The translations under genes and the position numbers were made by a program. Below, piece by piece: positions 47,954 through 57,553 of a stretch of DNA of 64,000 nt. Numbering within the stretch: the stretch's first letter is position 1; each line of letters starts with the position of its first letter. Origin of the DNA: an uncultured Akkermansia sp. (lineage in GTDB: Bacteria > Verrucomicrobiota > Verrucomicrobiia > Verrucomicrobiales > Akkermansiaceae); assembly GCA_964525305.1 (NCBI GenBank), contig CAZGGR010000004.1, positions 37,684 through 101,683 of the forward strand. Direction: 5' to 3'. The notes under the pieces are model-generated. The model was not told the DNA's origin and searched no databases. It saw nothing but the letters and a program-made list of their open reading frames with translations.

Positions 47954-48056
47954 AGAAATCCCTCACCCAAATAATTCGGGATAAGGGAGCTCAAAATTAT
48001 GTTACGGCAATAAAAAATCCGGGATCTCAGCACTGTCGTAGTTTTTACTTATCCCA

Positions 48057-48353
48057 TTATCCATTTTTCAAAGCATCCCCTACAGATTCAGCATTATCAG
48101 TAATTTTATCTACGGTATGTTTTACTGCGTCCTTACTATCCTGATAAATATCTTTTGACCTTTGTTCAGCTTCTTCTGTTTTTTCTACAGAAGCGTCTTT
48201 AATCACTTTTGCACCATCTTTCACGTGTTCTTTAACATCCTCTATATCTTTATTATTTTTAGAGCACGAGGAGCAACAACAAACTCCCTGAGCTAGCACA
48301 ACTACTGGAATAGCAACGGCTACTGCCACTATTACATAAATCCATTTTTTCAT
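48057..48353 (-). CDS. small membrane-anchored protein with a CCCSSC cluster and a charged LEA/YtxH-like tail
   Basis: 98 aa. A TM helix (IYVIVAVAVAIPVVVL), then GVCCCSSCS, then repetitive K/D/E-rich helices. Confidence 0.5.
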   Translation of the reverse strand: MKKWIYVIVAVAVAIPVVVLAQGVCCCSSCSKNNKDIEDVKEHVKDGAKVIKDASVEKTEEAEQRSKDIYQDSKDAVKHTVDKITDNAESVGDALKNG

Positions 48354-48420
48354 GATATTGTTCTATTGGGTTTCATACCAATAGACTCTTTTATCATAAA
48401 AAACTATGAACTCTGGCGTG

Positions 48421-48759
48421 TCATTCTTCAACGCCTCCTTGAAATCTGAAAGCTAATGCAGAGGCACAAGCAACACATTCCCGACAAGATACCCCACCTT
48501 TTTGTTTCAATTCCTTACACCGTGAATACCCCAATTTTTCCACAAACTGTCGTTTCAACTCTTCTCCGATTTGTGCCGAAGAACAAAGTAATGCACCATA
48601 TAATGCACCGCATAATCCGTCAGGAGCTTTACCTCCTCCACATTCTGAAACGACTTCCAACAAATCTTCTCTTCCCAGAGCAAAGCAAACAGCCTGCGCA
48701 CAGTTATGTCGCCAAGGAGCTATGCGAAAAGTAGATAAAGCTTTTTCTTCAATATTCAT
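48421..48759 (-). CDS. C_GCAxxG_C_C family redox-type protein
   Basis: Pattern NCAQAV...CGALYGA...CxxxC (CRECVAC). The start is set at the ATG at 48759 to avoid overlap with the upstream gene. Confidence 0.7.
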   Translation of the reverse strand: MNIEEKALSTFRIAPWRHNCAQAVCFALGREDLLEVVSECGGGKAPDGLCGALYGALLCSSAQIGEELKRQFVEKLGYSRCKELKQKGGVSCRECVACASALAFRFQGGVEE

Positions 48760-48845
48760 ATCTATATAGTAGGCTTCTAGTGTTCCCGCCCAAGTGATCT
48801 TCCCCCCTCTTATAAAATACAGCATACTACCAACGTCAAACGAAA

Positions 48846-49640
48846 TTAACGCAATTGTAGTAAATACCACAGGAACAAACAGTTATGTTTTACATAACGC
48901 TTAAATAATCTGCACGGTTCTCGATAAATACGGTATAACCATTCCAAGCCATGCTTTTGCATCCACACGGGAGCCCGCTTTACCATACCAGCATGAAAAG
49001 CAAATGCAGCACCCACACCTACATAAACAGCTGGAGATAGCAACTCTTTTTGTTCTGCCATCCATCGCTCCTGTTTAGGACATCCCAAACCGACCCATAC
49101 AACATTGGCACCGCTGGCAATAATAGCAGATCTCATTTTTTCCAAGTCATCCTCCGTCCACTTCCGAAACGGCGGAGAATGCATTCCAGCTAACTGGAAA
49201 TCAGGGTATTTTGCCTTCAATGCAGTAGATAAAGCCTGCAATGTTTTCTCATTTCCACCCAACAAAAAATGTCTCATCCCCGGATATTGAGAATTAGCAC
49301 GTACCATTGCTTCCATCAGATCCGGTCCACTCACCCGTTCTGCTCGCATTTCGCTGGCACCAATGCCCCTGTTCAGCTTCCATACTATCGGCATTCCATC
49401 CGGACAAATGACATCCATTTGTTTCAATACAGTTCCATAATTCTGGTCATGCACGCCAAGAGTGACCACATGAACATCTGCAGCTGCGACCAAACATGGA
49501 GACTCTACACTCAAAGCCACTTTTGCCAATTTCTGAGCCATTTTTTCAACAGAACTAACAACAATAGAAAACCCGAATACTTGACGAGTCTCACATGTGA
49601 TTCGTTTGGCAGTACAAGCAGAGTTATTTGGCACATTCAT
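48846..49640 (-). CDS. WecB/TagA/CpsF-family glycosyltransferase
   Basis: PDGMPIVW, GPDLM, FLLGG, VWVGLGCPKQERW and GVGAAFAFHAG are family signatures. Confidence 0.85.
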   Translation of the reverse strand: MNVPNNSACTAKRITCETRQVFGFSIVVSSVEKMAQKLAKVALSVESPCLVAAADVHVVTLGVHDQNYGTVLKQMDVICPDGMPIVWKLNRGIGASEMRAERVSGPDLMEAMVRANSQYPGMRHFLLGGNEKTLQALSTALKAKYPDFQLAGMHSPPFRKWTEDDLEKMRSAIIASGANVVWVGLGCPKQERWMAEQKELLSPAVYVGVGAAFAFHAGMVKRAPVWMQKHGLEWLYRIYREPCRLFKRYVKHNCLFLWYLLQLR

Positions 49641-49670
49641 GATTTAAAAAACTGAAAAAGGAGGAGCGAA

Positions 49671-50444
49671 CTATGGTAACACTAATCTCAAACCATCATA
49701 TGCAGGCATCACATTTTCCGGTAGCTCGTCAGATAGAACTTTGTAATCCATATCATGAGACAAATGAGTCAGCACAGCACGATGTGGTTGAATAGCATTA
49801 ATGGCACTCAACGTCTCCTCCAAACACATATGTGTAGGATGCAAACGATAACGCAATCCGTCAATAATCAGTAAATCTACACCCTTCATTTTGTCCAATG
49901 ACGACTGCGGAATACTTTTTACATCCGGCATATAAACCATACTCTTGCCATCGGCCACCAACAAGTAGCCGTATGTTTCCACATCCGCATGCAGCACAGG
50001 AAGAGGAGTTACTAAAATCTCCCCGATATGAAACGGATTCTCTACACCATGAGGCTCCGGCCTCACGTAACCACTCCGCTCCGGAACAGAAACAAATGCC
50101 CATCCATACATAGCTTTCAACGTATCTATGGTTTTGGGAGACGCATACATGGGCAAACCACCGCTCCTGTACCAACAAAAAGCACGCAAATCATCAAAGC
50201 CACCGACATGATCTACATGAGCATGTGTATACAACACGGCATCAATTTCCGTAATATGTTCCCGCAGAGCCTGCTGACGCAAATCCGGTGATGAATCCAA
50301 CAAAAGGCGAATACCGCAAGATTCCACATAAATAGAAGAACGTAATCGCTTATTTCTGGAATCAGGAGAGGAACAGACAGCGCAGGTACACCCAATCTGC
50401 GGTACTCCGGTGGACGTTCCTGTTCCCAGAAAGAGGATGTTCAT
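49671..50444 (-). CDS. MBL-fold metallo-hydrolase, PhnP-like
   Basis: ILFLGTGTSTGVPQIGCTCAVC and HAHVDHVGG. The start is set at the ATG at 50444. Confidence 0.82.
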   Translation of the reverse strand: MNILFLGTGTSTGVPQIGCTCAVCSSPDSRNKRLRSSIYVESCGIRLLLDSSPDLRQQALREHITEIDAVLYTHAHVDHVGGFDDLRAFCWYRSGGLPMYASPKTIDTLKAMYGWAFVSVPERSGYVRPEPHGVENPFHIGEILVTPLPVLHADVETYGYLLVADGKSMVYMPDVKSIPQSSLDKMKGVDLLIIDGLRYRLHPTHMCLEETLSAINAIQPHRAVLTHLSHDMDYKVLSDELPENVMPAYDGLRLVLP

Positions 50445-50508
50445 CACAGAGGTCATGATTGCGTTTAGATTAAATAATGCCATAATACATTCAAAATCCA
50501 AAGCCCGA

Positions 50509-52167
50509 ATGCTTACATTGCTGAAAATTAAAAACCTGGCTCTCGTGGATCAGCTCCTTTGGGAACCCAGTTCCGGTTTCCTCTGTATTACAGGAGAAAC
50601 GGGAGCAGGCAAGTCCGTCATTATCGGAGCCATTCGTCTCTCGTTAGGGGAACGAGCGGATAAAACGCTCATACGATCCGGGGAACAGCAATGTTGTGTG
50701 GAAGCGGTATTCCATTTACCGGAAGAATCCCCGGTTCATGCTATTTTGAATGACCACGGAATCCCTCCCTGTGAGGACGGATGCTTGATTATCAAACGCA
50801 TAATATCAGCCTCAGCCAATCGTCAATTTTTGAACGATAGTCCATGCACTTTGTCTCTTCTGAGAGAAGTCGGTGTATACTTGGTTGATATGCACGGCCC
50901 CAATGACCACCACTCATTGACTTCTCAAGAAAGACAACTTGCCTTTTTGGATGCCTTTGGAGAACACACTTCACTATTGCATGACTATACAAACGCATGG
51001 AAGCAATGGCAAAACGCCCAACGAGCCTATAATGAACTGAAACACGCTGAAGCAGCCACAGCACGGGAAATAGATTTACTGCGACATCAAGTAAATGAAA
51101 TAGACGCTGCCGCTTTTTCACAAGAAGAAGTGCTTACTCTGGAAGAACGCTGGCAACGCGCGCGCAACAGCTCTAAGCTTCAGGAACAAGTTGCTAAAAT
51201 ACTTTCCATGCTGGTAGAAACAGACTCTCCCGGATTGGGAACTCTATTAAAGGAACTAACCCGAGCTACCCATGAGTTGGAACGTATGGACGCCTCCACT
51301 GCTTCATGGTTAAACCCGTTAACCGGTATTAACTTAGAACTTAAAGAAATTGAAAATCACTTAGTGGATTACTCGTCCGAATTGGAATGTAATCCTCAAG
51401 AACTTTTTCAACTGGAAGAGCGCATGAATCTGTTAGAATCCTTGAAAATGAAATATGGTTCATCTTTTGAAGATATCTGCGCCCGAAGAGAAGATGCCGC
51501 CCATCGCTTGGATCAAATTGAAAACCGAACAGAACGCTTAGAAGAATTGCACGCTTCTATCATTACTTTGCGAAAGCAAGTAGACATTACCGGGCAAATC
51601 TTAACCAAAGCACGCCAAGCAGCAGCACCTAAACTAGCAACTTCCATTATCAATCATTCCCATGATTTAGGATTTCGGCAATCTGTATTTGAAGTAGTAC
51701 TCACTCCCCATTCAGAACCGGGGCCATTAGGAATAGAAACGGTTGAGTTTTTATTTGGGCCCAATCCCGGAGAACCATCTAAACCACTCCGTTTAATTGC
51801 TTCTAGCGGCGAACTGGCACGTATGATGCTCGCTATTAAAAGTGCCTTAGCCAACAAAGATACCACTCCTCTTCTGGTATTTGACGAAATAGATGCCAAC
51901 GTGGGTGGAGAAATAGCACGAGCGGTAGGTATGAAAATGCAACAACTAGGGAATAAACATCAAGTTATCTCTATTACCCACTTCCCTCAAGTAGCAGCTT
52001 TGGCTTCCCATCATTATCTCGTTCAAAAAGCTTCCGCAGGAAACCGAACCATCTCTTGTCTGCGAGAGGTAAACTATGAAGAAAGAGTAAGTGAACTGGT
52101 GCGTATGCTGGGCGGAGGAGGAGACCAAGCACGTACACTTGCACAAGCTCTGTTACAACCCTCCTAA
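50509..52167 (+). CDS. recN: DNA repair protein RecN
   Basis: 553 aa from the ATG at 50509 (MLTLLKIKNLALVDQ). Walker A GETGAGKS, a long coiled coil, signature SGGELARMMLA and Walker B LLVFDEID. Confidence 0.9.
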   Translation: MLTLLKIKNLALVDQLLWEPSSGFLCITGETGAGKSVIIGAIRLSLGERADKTLIRSGEQQCCVEAVFHLPEESPVHAILNDHGIPPCEDGCLIIKRIISASANRQFLNDSPCTLSLLREVGVYLVDMHGPNDHHSLTSQERQLAFLDAFGEHTSLLHDYTNAWKQWQNAQRAYNELKHAEAATAREIDLLRHQVNEIDAAAFSQEEVLTLEERWQRARNSSKLQEQVAKILSMLVETDSPGLGTLLKELTRATHELERMDASTASWLNPLTGINLELKEIENHLVDYSSELECNPQELFQLEERMNLLESLKMKYGSSFEDICARREDAAHRLDQIENRTERLEELHASIITLRKQVDITGQILTKARQAAAPKLATSIINHSHDLGFRQSVFEVVLTPHSEPGPLGIETVEFLFGPNPGEPSKPLRLIASSGELARMMLAIKSALANKDTTPLLVFDEIDANVGGEIARAVGMKMQQLGNKHQVISITHFPQVAALASHHYLVQKASAGNRTISCLREVNYEERVSELVRMLGGGGDQARTLAQALLQPS

Positions 52168-52185
52168 CGCAAACCACGTTTGGCT

Positions 52186-54420
52186 CTATTTTCCCAAACT
52201 AGGAGAAAAACTACGTAGTCGTAAAGAATTGAAAACTACGCACAAAGAACTCAAGCTCATCGCACCGGCAGCAATCATAGGATTCAGTGTAAGGCCAAAA
52301 GTCGGGTACAAACACCCAGCAGCCAAAGGAATGCCAATGATATTATAAAAAAATGCCCAAAAGAGATTCTGTCTGATAATGTGTAAAGTAATCCGGCTCA
52401 GTTGAACAACTTCTGCCACGCCTAAAGGATTGCTTTTCATCAATACTATGTCAGAAGATTCCATAGCGAGTTCTGTTCCGGATTTCATAGCAATACCCAC
52501 ACGAGCACATGCCAATGCAGGGGCATCATTCACGCCGTCTCCTACCATTGCCACGTTGTATCCCCGCTTCTCCATTTTGATTACATGAGACGCTTTTTCA
52601 TCAGGAAGCACGTCAGAAATCACTTCATCTATTTGCAATTCTTTTGCCATGTATCGTGCCACGGCAGCGTTATCTCCCGTCAGCATCATGACTCTTAAGT
52701 TCAGACGTTTTAAACAAGCCACAGCTTCATAACTATCCTGCTTCAAAGAGTCCGCAACCATAATCACTCCGACAATTGTACCATCTCTGCCCACATACAA
52801 TGGAGACGCTCCTTGTTTTACAAACTCTTGCATACGGGGAGTAAACGAGTTTCCATAGATTCCCCTATCCTGCATAAACTCAAAATTACCTATGGCACAA
52901 GGCACCTTATTGATCATTCCAGCAATACCACGGCCAGGAACTACAACTAAAGCAGTCGCCGGACAAATAGAGATTTCCATACGTTTGGCATATTCATAAA
53001 CGGCCTTACCTACCGGATGTTCCGATCCCAATTCCAACGCAGCAGCCACAGACAACAGCTCAGCCTCATCTACATCTCCCTCAGACAATACAGCCACTAC
53101 ACAGGGTTTTCCTTTTGTCAATGTTCCCGTCTTATCAAAAACAATGGTATCCACATGGCTCAAATCCTCCAGAGAACCAGCTGATTTACATAAAATCCCC
53201 AGCTGGGCACCTCTCCCAGTTCCCACCATAATAGCAATAGGAGTGGCAAGCCCCAAAACGCAGGGACAAGAAATCACGAGTACGGCAATAGATCTAGCTA
53301 GAGCAAAAGAAAAATCTTCTCCAACAGCCATCCAAATAACCAATACAACCAAAGCAATAGCCATTACTGTTGGGACAAAGAAATAACACACACGATCCGC
53401 TAACCGTGCAATGGGCGCCTTGCTCTGACCTGCTTGCTCAACTAAGCGGATCATACGGGCTAATGTAGAATCAGCCCCCACTCTTTCCGCACGAATCTTA
53501 ATATATCCTGCTCGATTAAACGTACCACTAATTACTCTATCGCCCACGGTTTTGTCTGCAGGCAAACTTTCTCCGGTCAACTCCGACTCATCCAATGCAG
53601 CCTGCCCTTCCTCAATGGTTCCATCTACCGGAATCCTTTGTCCTGTCTTTACTATCACCAGATCCCCGGCTCGCAATTCATTCAAAGAAACAAAATATTC
53701 AGCTCCATTTTTCCAAACTATCGCTTTCTGTGGCACTAAACTCACCAAGTTTTTTATAGTAGCATTTGTCTTCTTATAAGAGCGGCGTTCAAGATACTTA
53801 CCTAGAGAAATCAAAGTGACTATCATTGCCGCCGACTCAAAATACAAATCCATTACGTTCATGCAGCCATCAAAGCATAATGCTTTTAGCAACAAATATA
53901 TGCCATACAAAAAAGAAGCACCAGAACCGACGGCAATCAGAGAATCCATATTAGGAGATAACGCCACCAACTGACGAACCCCATTAATTAAATAATGGCG
54001 GTTTATCCATAAAATACACCCTGTCAAAAAAGACTGAACTCCAGCATTTATGCCTATTTCTTGCGGAATAGGCCAATGCCACATAGCTCCCATGGACAAA
54101 TACATTAACGGAACAAGTAACAAAACAGATTCTACAAGACGTCGAGTTTCCGTTTCCCGACTCTTATCAATTTCCTCCACCATAACGGGGGGCTCATCTT
54201 GCCAATTCGTCAATTGAAACCCACATTTTTCTACCGTTGATTTTACTTGCCCTATAACATCGGAATCAGAGCTTTCAAATAAAACGATCATTTTTCCCGT
54301 CAACAGATTCAATTCCACCCGTTCAACACCACTCAGTTCTTTAACGGCTCTTTCCACCTTAGCTGCGCAGCCGGCACAATGCATCCCAGATACCAAATAA
54401 TTTCTCTCTTCCATGGTCAT
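52186..54420 (-). CDS. copA: copper-translocating P1B-type ATPase
   Basis: N-terminal HMA domain GMHCAGCAAKVE, TM CPC motif, DKTGTLT and GDGVNDAP. Confidence 0.9.
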   Translation of the reverse strand: MTMEERNYLVSGMHCAGCAAKVERAVKELSGVERVELNLLTGKMIVLFESSDSDVIGQVKSTVEKCGFQLTNWQDEPPVMVEEIDKSRETETRRLVESVLLLVPLMYLSMGAMWHWPIPQEIGINAGVQSFLTGCILWINRHYLINGVRQLVALSPNMDSLIAVGSGASFLYGIYLLLKALCFDGCMNVMDLYFESAAMIVTLISLGKYLERRSYKKTNATIKNLVSLVPQKAIVWKNGAEYFVSLNELRAGDLVIVKTGQRIPVDGTIEEGQAALDESELTGESLPADKTVGDRVISGTFNRAGYIKIRAERVGADSTLARMIRLVEQAGQSKAPIARLADRVCYFFVPTVMAIALVVLVIWMAVGEDFSFALARSIAVLVISCPCVLGLATPIAIMVGTGRGAQLGILCKSAGSLEDLSHVDTIVFDKTGTLTKGKPCVVAVLSEGDVDEAELLSVAAALELGSEHPVGKAVYEYAKRMEISICPATALVVVPGRGIAGMINKVPCAIGNFEFMQDRGIYGNSFTPRMQEFVKQGASPLYVGRDGTIVGVIMVADSLKQDSYEAVACLKRLNLRVMMLTGDNAAVARYMAKELQIDEVISDVLPDEKASHVIKMEKRGYNVAMVGDGVNDAPALACARVGIAMKSGTELAMESSDIVLMKSNPLGVAEVVQLSRITLHIIRQNLFWAFFYNIIGIPLAAGCLYPTFGLTLNPMIAAGAMSLSSLCVVFNSLRLRSFSPSLGK

Positions 54421-54591
54421 TAAAACAGGTTCATTTGATTTTTTAGAGTTGAAACAGAGCGATATTGTTAGGCGACACTAACACAATTCATCTATTTCTC
54501 AAGATGATTTCACGATTATTCTTTTCACCTAAATCAGATGACAAAAAAACAAGAACACCACCGTACCTATCATAAACCTATCTTTGTATCT

Positions 54592-55548
54592 ATGAAGAGT
54601 TCTTCCTTATTCCAGATTTTGACGTGTGCGTCTCTGTTGTCTTCCCCCCTTCAAGCACAACTTTACAGCCTACATGGAGACGGAGTAAAAAAAACAGAAC
54701 GGGCCATAGAAAAAGCGGATTATTCTGAATATGAGCTTATTTGGAATGATGAGTTTGATCAGGACGGACGACCTGATCCCGCCAAGTGGAATTACGAACA
54801 TGGCTTTGTCCGAAATAAGGAAGCTCAATGGTATCAGCCGGAAAATGCCTATTGCAAAAATGGCTTACTGATTATTGAAGGTAAAAAAGAAAAACATACT
54901 AATCCTCACTATGATCCAAATGGGAAAACCTGGCAAACTACGAGAAAAGAAGCAGACTACACGTCTGCCTCATTAACCACGCGCAATAAGTTTTCCTGGC
55001 TATATGGACGGTTTGAAATCCGTGCCAGATTCAATCCAAGAGAAGGCATGTGGCCGGCATTCTGGACATTAGGCGTTAAAGAAGAATGGCCCAAGTGTGG
55101 AGAAATAGATATCATGGAATACTACCAATCCACCTACTTAGCTAATCTCTGTTGGGCATCTCCAAAGAAATATGTAGGCAAATGGAGTAGTACCTATACG
55201 CCCCTTAAATTATTACAAAAAAAACACCCGAATTGGGCAAGTGATTTCCACATTTTTCGAATGGATTGGGATGAAAAGGAAGTACGTCTGTATGCAGATG
55301 ATATCTTATTAAACAAAACACCTCTGAACAACACAATCAATGCTATTTACAAAGAAGTACCCAACCCATTCCAACAACCGCACTTTATCATCTTAAATCT
55401 GGCTCTGGGATCTACAGGAGGAGACCTAAAGAACCTACCTCTACCCCAAAAATATGAAATAGATTACGTCCGTATTTACCAAAAAAAGAATTCAGTCCAC
55501 AAAGGCACCATTTCATGCCAAACCAAGGAAAAATCCTCTAACACTTAA
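54592..55548 (+). CDS. glycoside hydrolase family 16 protein
   Basis: Signal peptide from the ATG at 54592. Catalytic block GEIDIMEY, plus WPAFWTLG and a beta-jelly-roll pattern. Confidence 0.85.
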   Translation: MKSSSLFQILTCASLLSSPLQAQLYSLHGDGVKKTERAIEKADYSEYELIWNDEFDQDGRPDPAKWNYEHGFVRNKEAQWYQPENAYCKNGLLIIEGKKEKHTNPHYDPNGKTWQTTRKEADYTSASLTTRNKFSWLYGRFEIRARFNPREGMWPAFWTLGVKEEWPKCGEIDIMEYYQSTYLANLCWASPKKYVGKWSSTYTPLKLLQKKHPNWASDFHIFRMDWDEKEVRLYADDILLNKTPLNNTINAIYKEVPNPFQQPHFIILNLALGSTGGDLKNLPLPQKYEIDYVRIYQKKNSVHKGTISCQTKEKSSNT

Positions 55549-55578
55549 AAACAATCATCAATTAACAATAGCTCTGTA

Positions 55579-56232
55579 TCATTCTTTTTCTTTACCTTTC
55601 AGAACATTGAGGATGTGTTCTGCCATTAAAGCGTGCCCCTCAGCATTGGGATGAACTCCATCTTCCAACAGATGTTCCTTGCCTTGGAGCACCTTATTTA
55701 GATTGATTACTTTAGAATTTGTATTCTTTGCAACCTGACGAATCAGCGGAATAATTTCCTTTTCAATACATTCCCGGCTAATTCCATCATCCCTGGTTTC
55801 CTGTGATGGAATGGGGAGTAGGCAGTATACTTTCAACTTAGGATTTTTCTTACGGAAATCCGCAATAATCGCTTTGAAATTGTTTATGAACTCACCCTTA
55901 TGTCTCCAATTCATCTTTTTACTGTCATTAGTCCCAAGCCCAATCAACAACACATCGGGATGAAAAGCCAAAGCATCTTTATAAGCTTTTTCCCGTACAA
56001 TAGGACGATCTCCCTTAAATAATAAACACCGTGCGGAAACACCAAAGTTCCCTACTTCCGCCTTCTCTCCTAGGACCTTTGCAATTTGAGAAACCCAACA
56101 ATCTTCCTTCTCCACTCTCATTCCAGCAGTAATACTATCCCCTAAACACGCCAATTTAACCGTAGCAAAACAATCCAATGTAAGAAATGTAACTAACAGC
56201 CCTGCCCACAATACGGTAATAAACTTTTTCAT
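55579..56232 (-). CDS. SGNH/GDSL hydrolase-type esterase
   Basis: Signal peptide. Block I CLGDSIT, block III GTNDS, block V DGVHPN. Confidence 0.8.
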   Translation of the reverse strand: MKKFITVLWAGLLVTFLTLDCFATVKLACLGDSITAGMRVEKEDCWVSQIAKVLGEKAEVGNFGVSARCLLFKGDRPIVREKAYKDALAFHPDVLLIGLGTNDSKKMNWRHKGEFINNFKAIIADFRKKNPKLKVYCLLPIPSQETRDDGISRECIEKEIIPLIRQVAKNTNSKVINLNKVLQGKEHLLEDGVHPNAEGHALMAEHILNVLKGKEKE

Positions 56233-56320
56233 ATCTGAAAATAGTATGGAATAAAGAGGAATGGATAAATAAGAATCTTGCCCTTACCTACTTCTTGTTT
56301 TTAAACAAATCATTTAAAAC

Positions 56321-56351
56321 ATAAAAGCCCCTGCCGATCAATCGGAGGGGC
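56321..56351 (-). terminator. rho-independent terminator after efp
   Basis: The minus strand reads GCCCCUCCGAU-UG-AUCGG(C)AGGGGC followed by UUUUAUGUUUU. Confidence 0.65.
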
Positions 56352-56373
56352 TTTGTAAAAAATAAAAAACGGA

Positions 56374-56940
56374 TCAGTTCACACGCCCCAGGTAAGTACC
56401 GTCTTCCGTTTTAACGGAAATCTTTTCACCAGGCTTGATAAAGAGAGGAACTTGTACAACCAAACCGGTAGACATTGTGGCGGATTTGTAAACGTTGTTT
56501 GCACTATCCCCTTTAACACCTTCAGGAGCTTCAGCAACTTCCATCGTGATAGCTGCAGGAAGTTCTACAGAAACAACCGTTTCATCTGTGAAAAGCAGAA
56601 TATAAATATTACCTTCCATCAGATAATCCTTAACGGGATCTACAATATCCGGAGATACAGTGATGTCCTCATATGTTTCCGGATTCATGAAATGGTAGCC
56701 CATACCGTCAATATAGCTGAACTCATACTCCTCACGAGCAAGGTTCACACCTTCCAAAGATTCGTTAGAGGTGAGACGGAGGTTGTACACTTTTTTCGTA
56801 GAAATACTACGGATACTCATTTGCACATAGGACGCCATGCGGGGGGGGCATTTGTGCTCCATGCTGACTACTACGCAAACATCATTGTTATAATTGACTG
56901 CGTGTCCCTTACGAAGATTTATTACGGGTACTTTTGCCAT
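56374..56940 (-). CDS. efp: elongation factor P with a non-canonical loop, EfpL/YeiP-like
   Basis: 188 aa with three-domain EF-P length and pattern (KGHAVNYNNDV..., GYHFMNPETYE, VELPAAITMEVAEAPEGVKGDSA, KPGEKISVKTEDGTYLGRV). The loop reads HKCPPRMAS instead of KPGKGQA. Confidence 0.92.
   Translation of the reverse strand: MAKVPVINLRKGHAVNYNNDVCVVVSMEHKCPPRMASYVQMSIRSISTKKVYNLRLTSNESLEGVNLAREEYEFSYIDGMGYHFMNPETYEDITVSPDIVDPVKDYLMEGNIYILLFTDETVVSVELPAAITMEVAEAPEGVKGDSANNVYKSATMSTGLVVQVPLFIKPGEKISVKTEDGTYLGRVN
56841..56848. repeat. G8/C8 homopolymer inside the efp loop codons
   Basis: Plus-strand GGGGGGGG corresponds to minus-strand TGC CCC CCC CGC (Cys-Pro-Pro-Arg). Confidence 0.95.
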
Positions 56941-57064
56941 GCGGCACGTACCATATCATTTTTCTTCATCCCGTCAAGGCGAAAAAAATGAACAAGCCAT
57001 TGAGCCGCTTGAAGAAAACACTCTTTTATGAGCCGGCAAAAAGAAGGGAAAAATAACACCGTCT

Positions 57065-57523
57065 CTATCGACTAAGATCTTGCTGAAACAGAACTTTAAT
57101 ACCACAAGTATTCAATACTGTACGCCCAAAATTAAGGTCATCCACATGTAGAGCAACCAAAGCACTCCGCCCCACACACGGCAACAAGGGATACAAAAAG
57201 TTAACATTCAGTTCTGCACCATACAATGCATCCATACATTTTTTAAGGTCTGCAGGTCCATTGCGAAGAGCGGCAACCAGCACTTCCGTCTCCGTATAAC
57301 AAATACCTTTTTCCAAAAAAATCTCTGCGGCACAATCCGGATCACTAACAATAAGACGAGCTATCGTTGCCTCATGGCAATCCTGCATACTAAAGCCTAA
57401 GCAAAAAATGCCGTGCATATCCAATAATCCAAGAAGAGCGGTTAAAGCCCCCACTCGATTCCTGAGCATAATGGAATATTGCTTTATTGCACTACCGGGG
57501 ACTTGAATCATTTCTTCCTGCAT
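57065..57523 (-). CDS. ACT-domain-like small-molecule-binding protein
   Basis: 152 aa. YSIMLRNRVGALTALLGLLDMHGI resembles the first ACT strand-helix. It lies immediately downstream of argD. Confidence 0.5.
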   Translation of the reverse strand: MQEEMIQVPGSAIKQYSIMLRNRVGALTALLGLLDMHGIFCLGFSMQDCHEATIARLIVSDPDCAAEIFLEKGICYTETEVLVAALRNGPADLKKCMDALYGAELNVNFLYPLLPCVGRSALVALHVDDLNFGRTVLNTCGIKVLFQQDLSR

Positions 57524-57553
57524 GGCAATAAAGCAATAAGAACCAGGCGTATT

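Noticed and set aside
56452-56991. A 179-aa plus-strand ORF covering efp.
   Set aside because: It is antisense to EF-P. The translation has no domain signature and runs past the efp start into the intergenic region.
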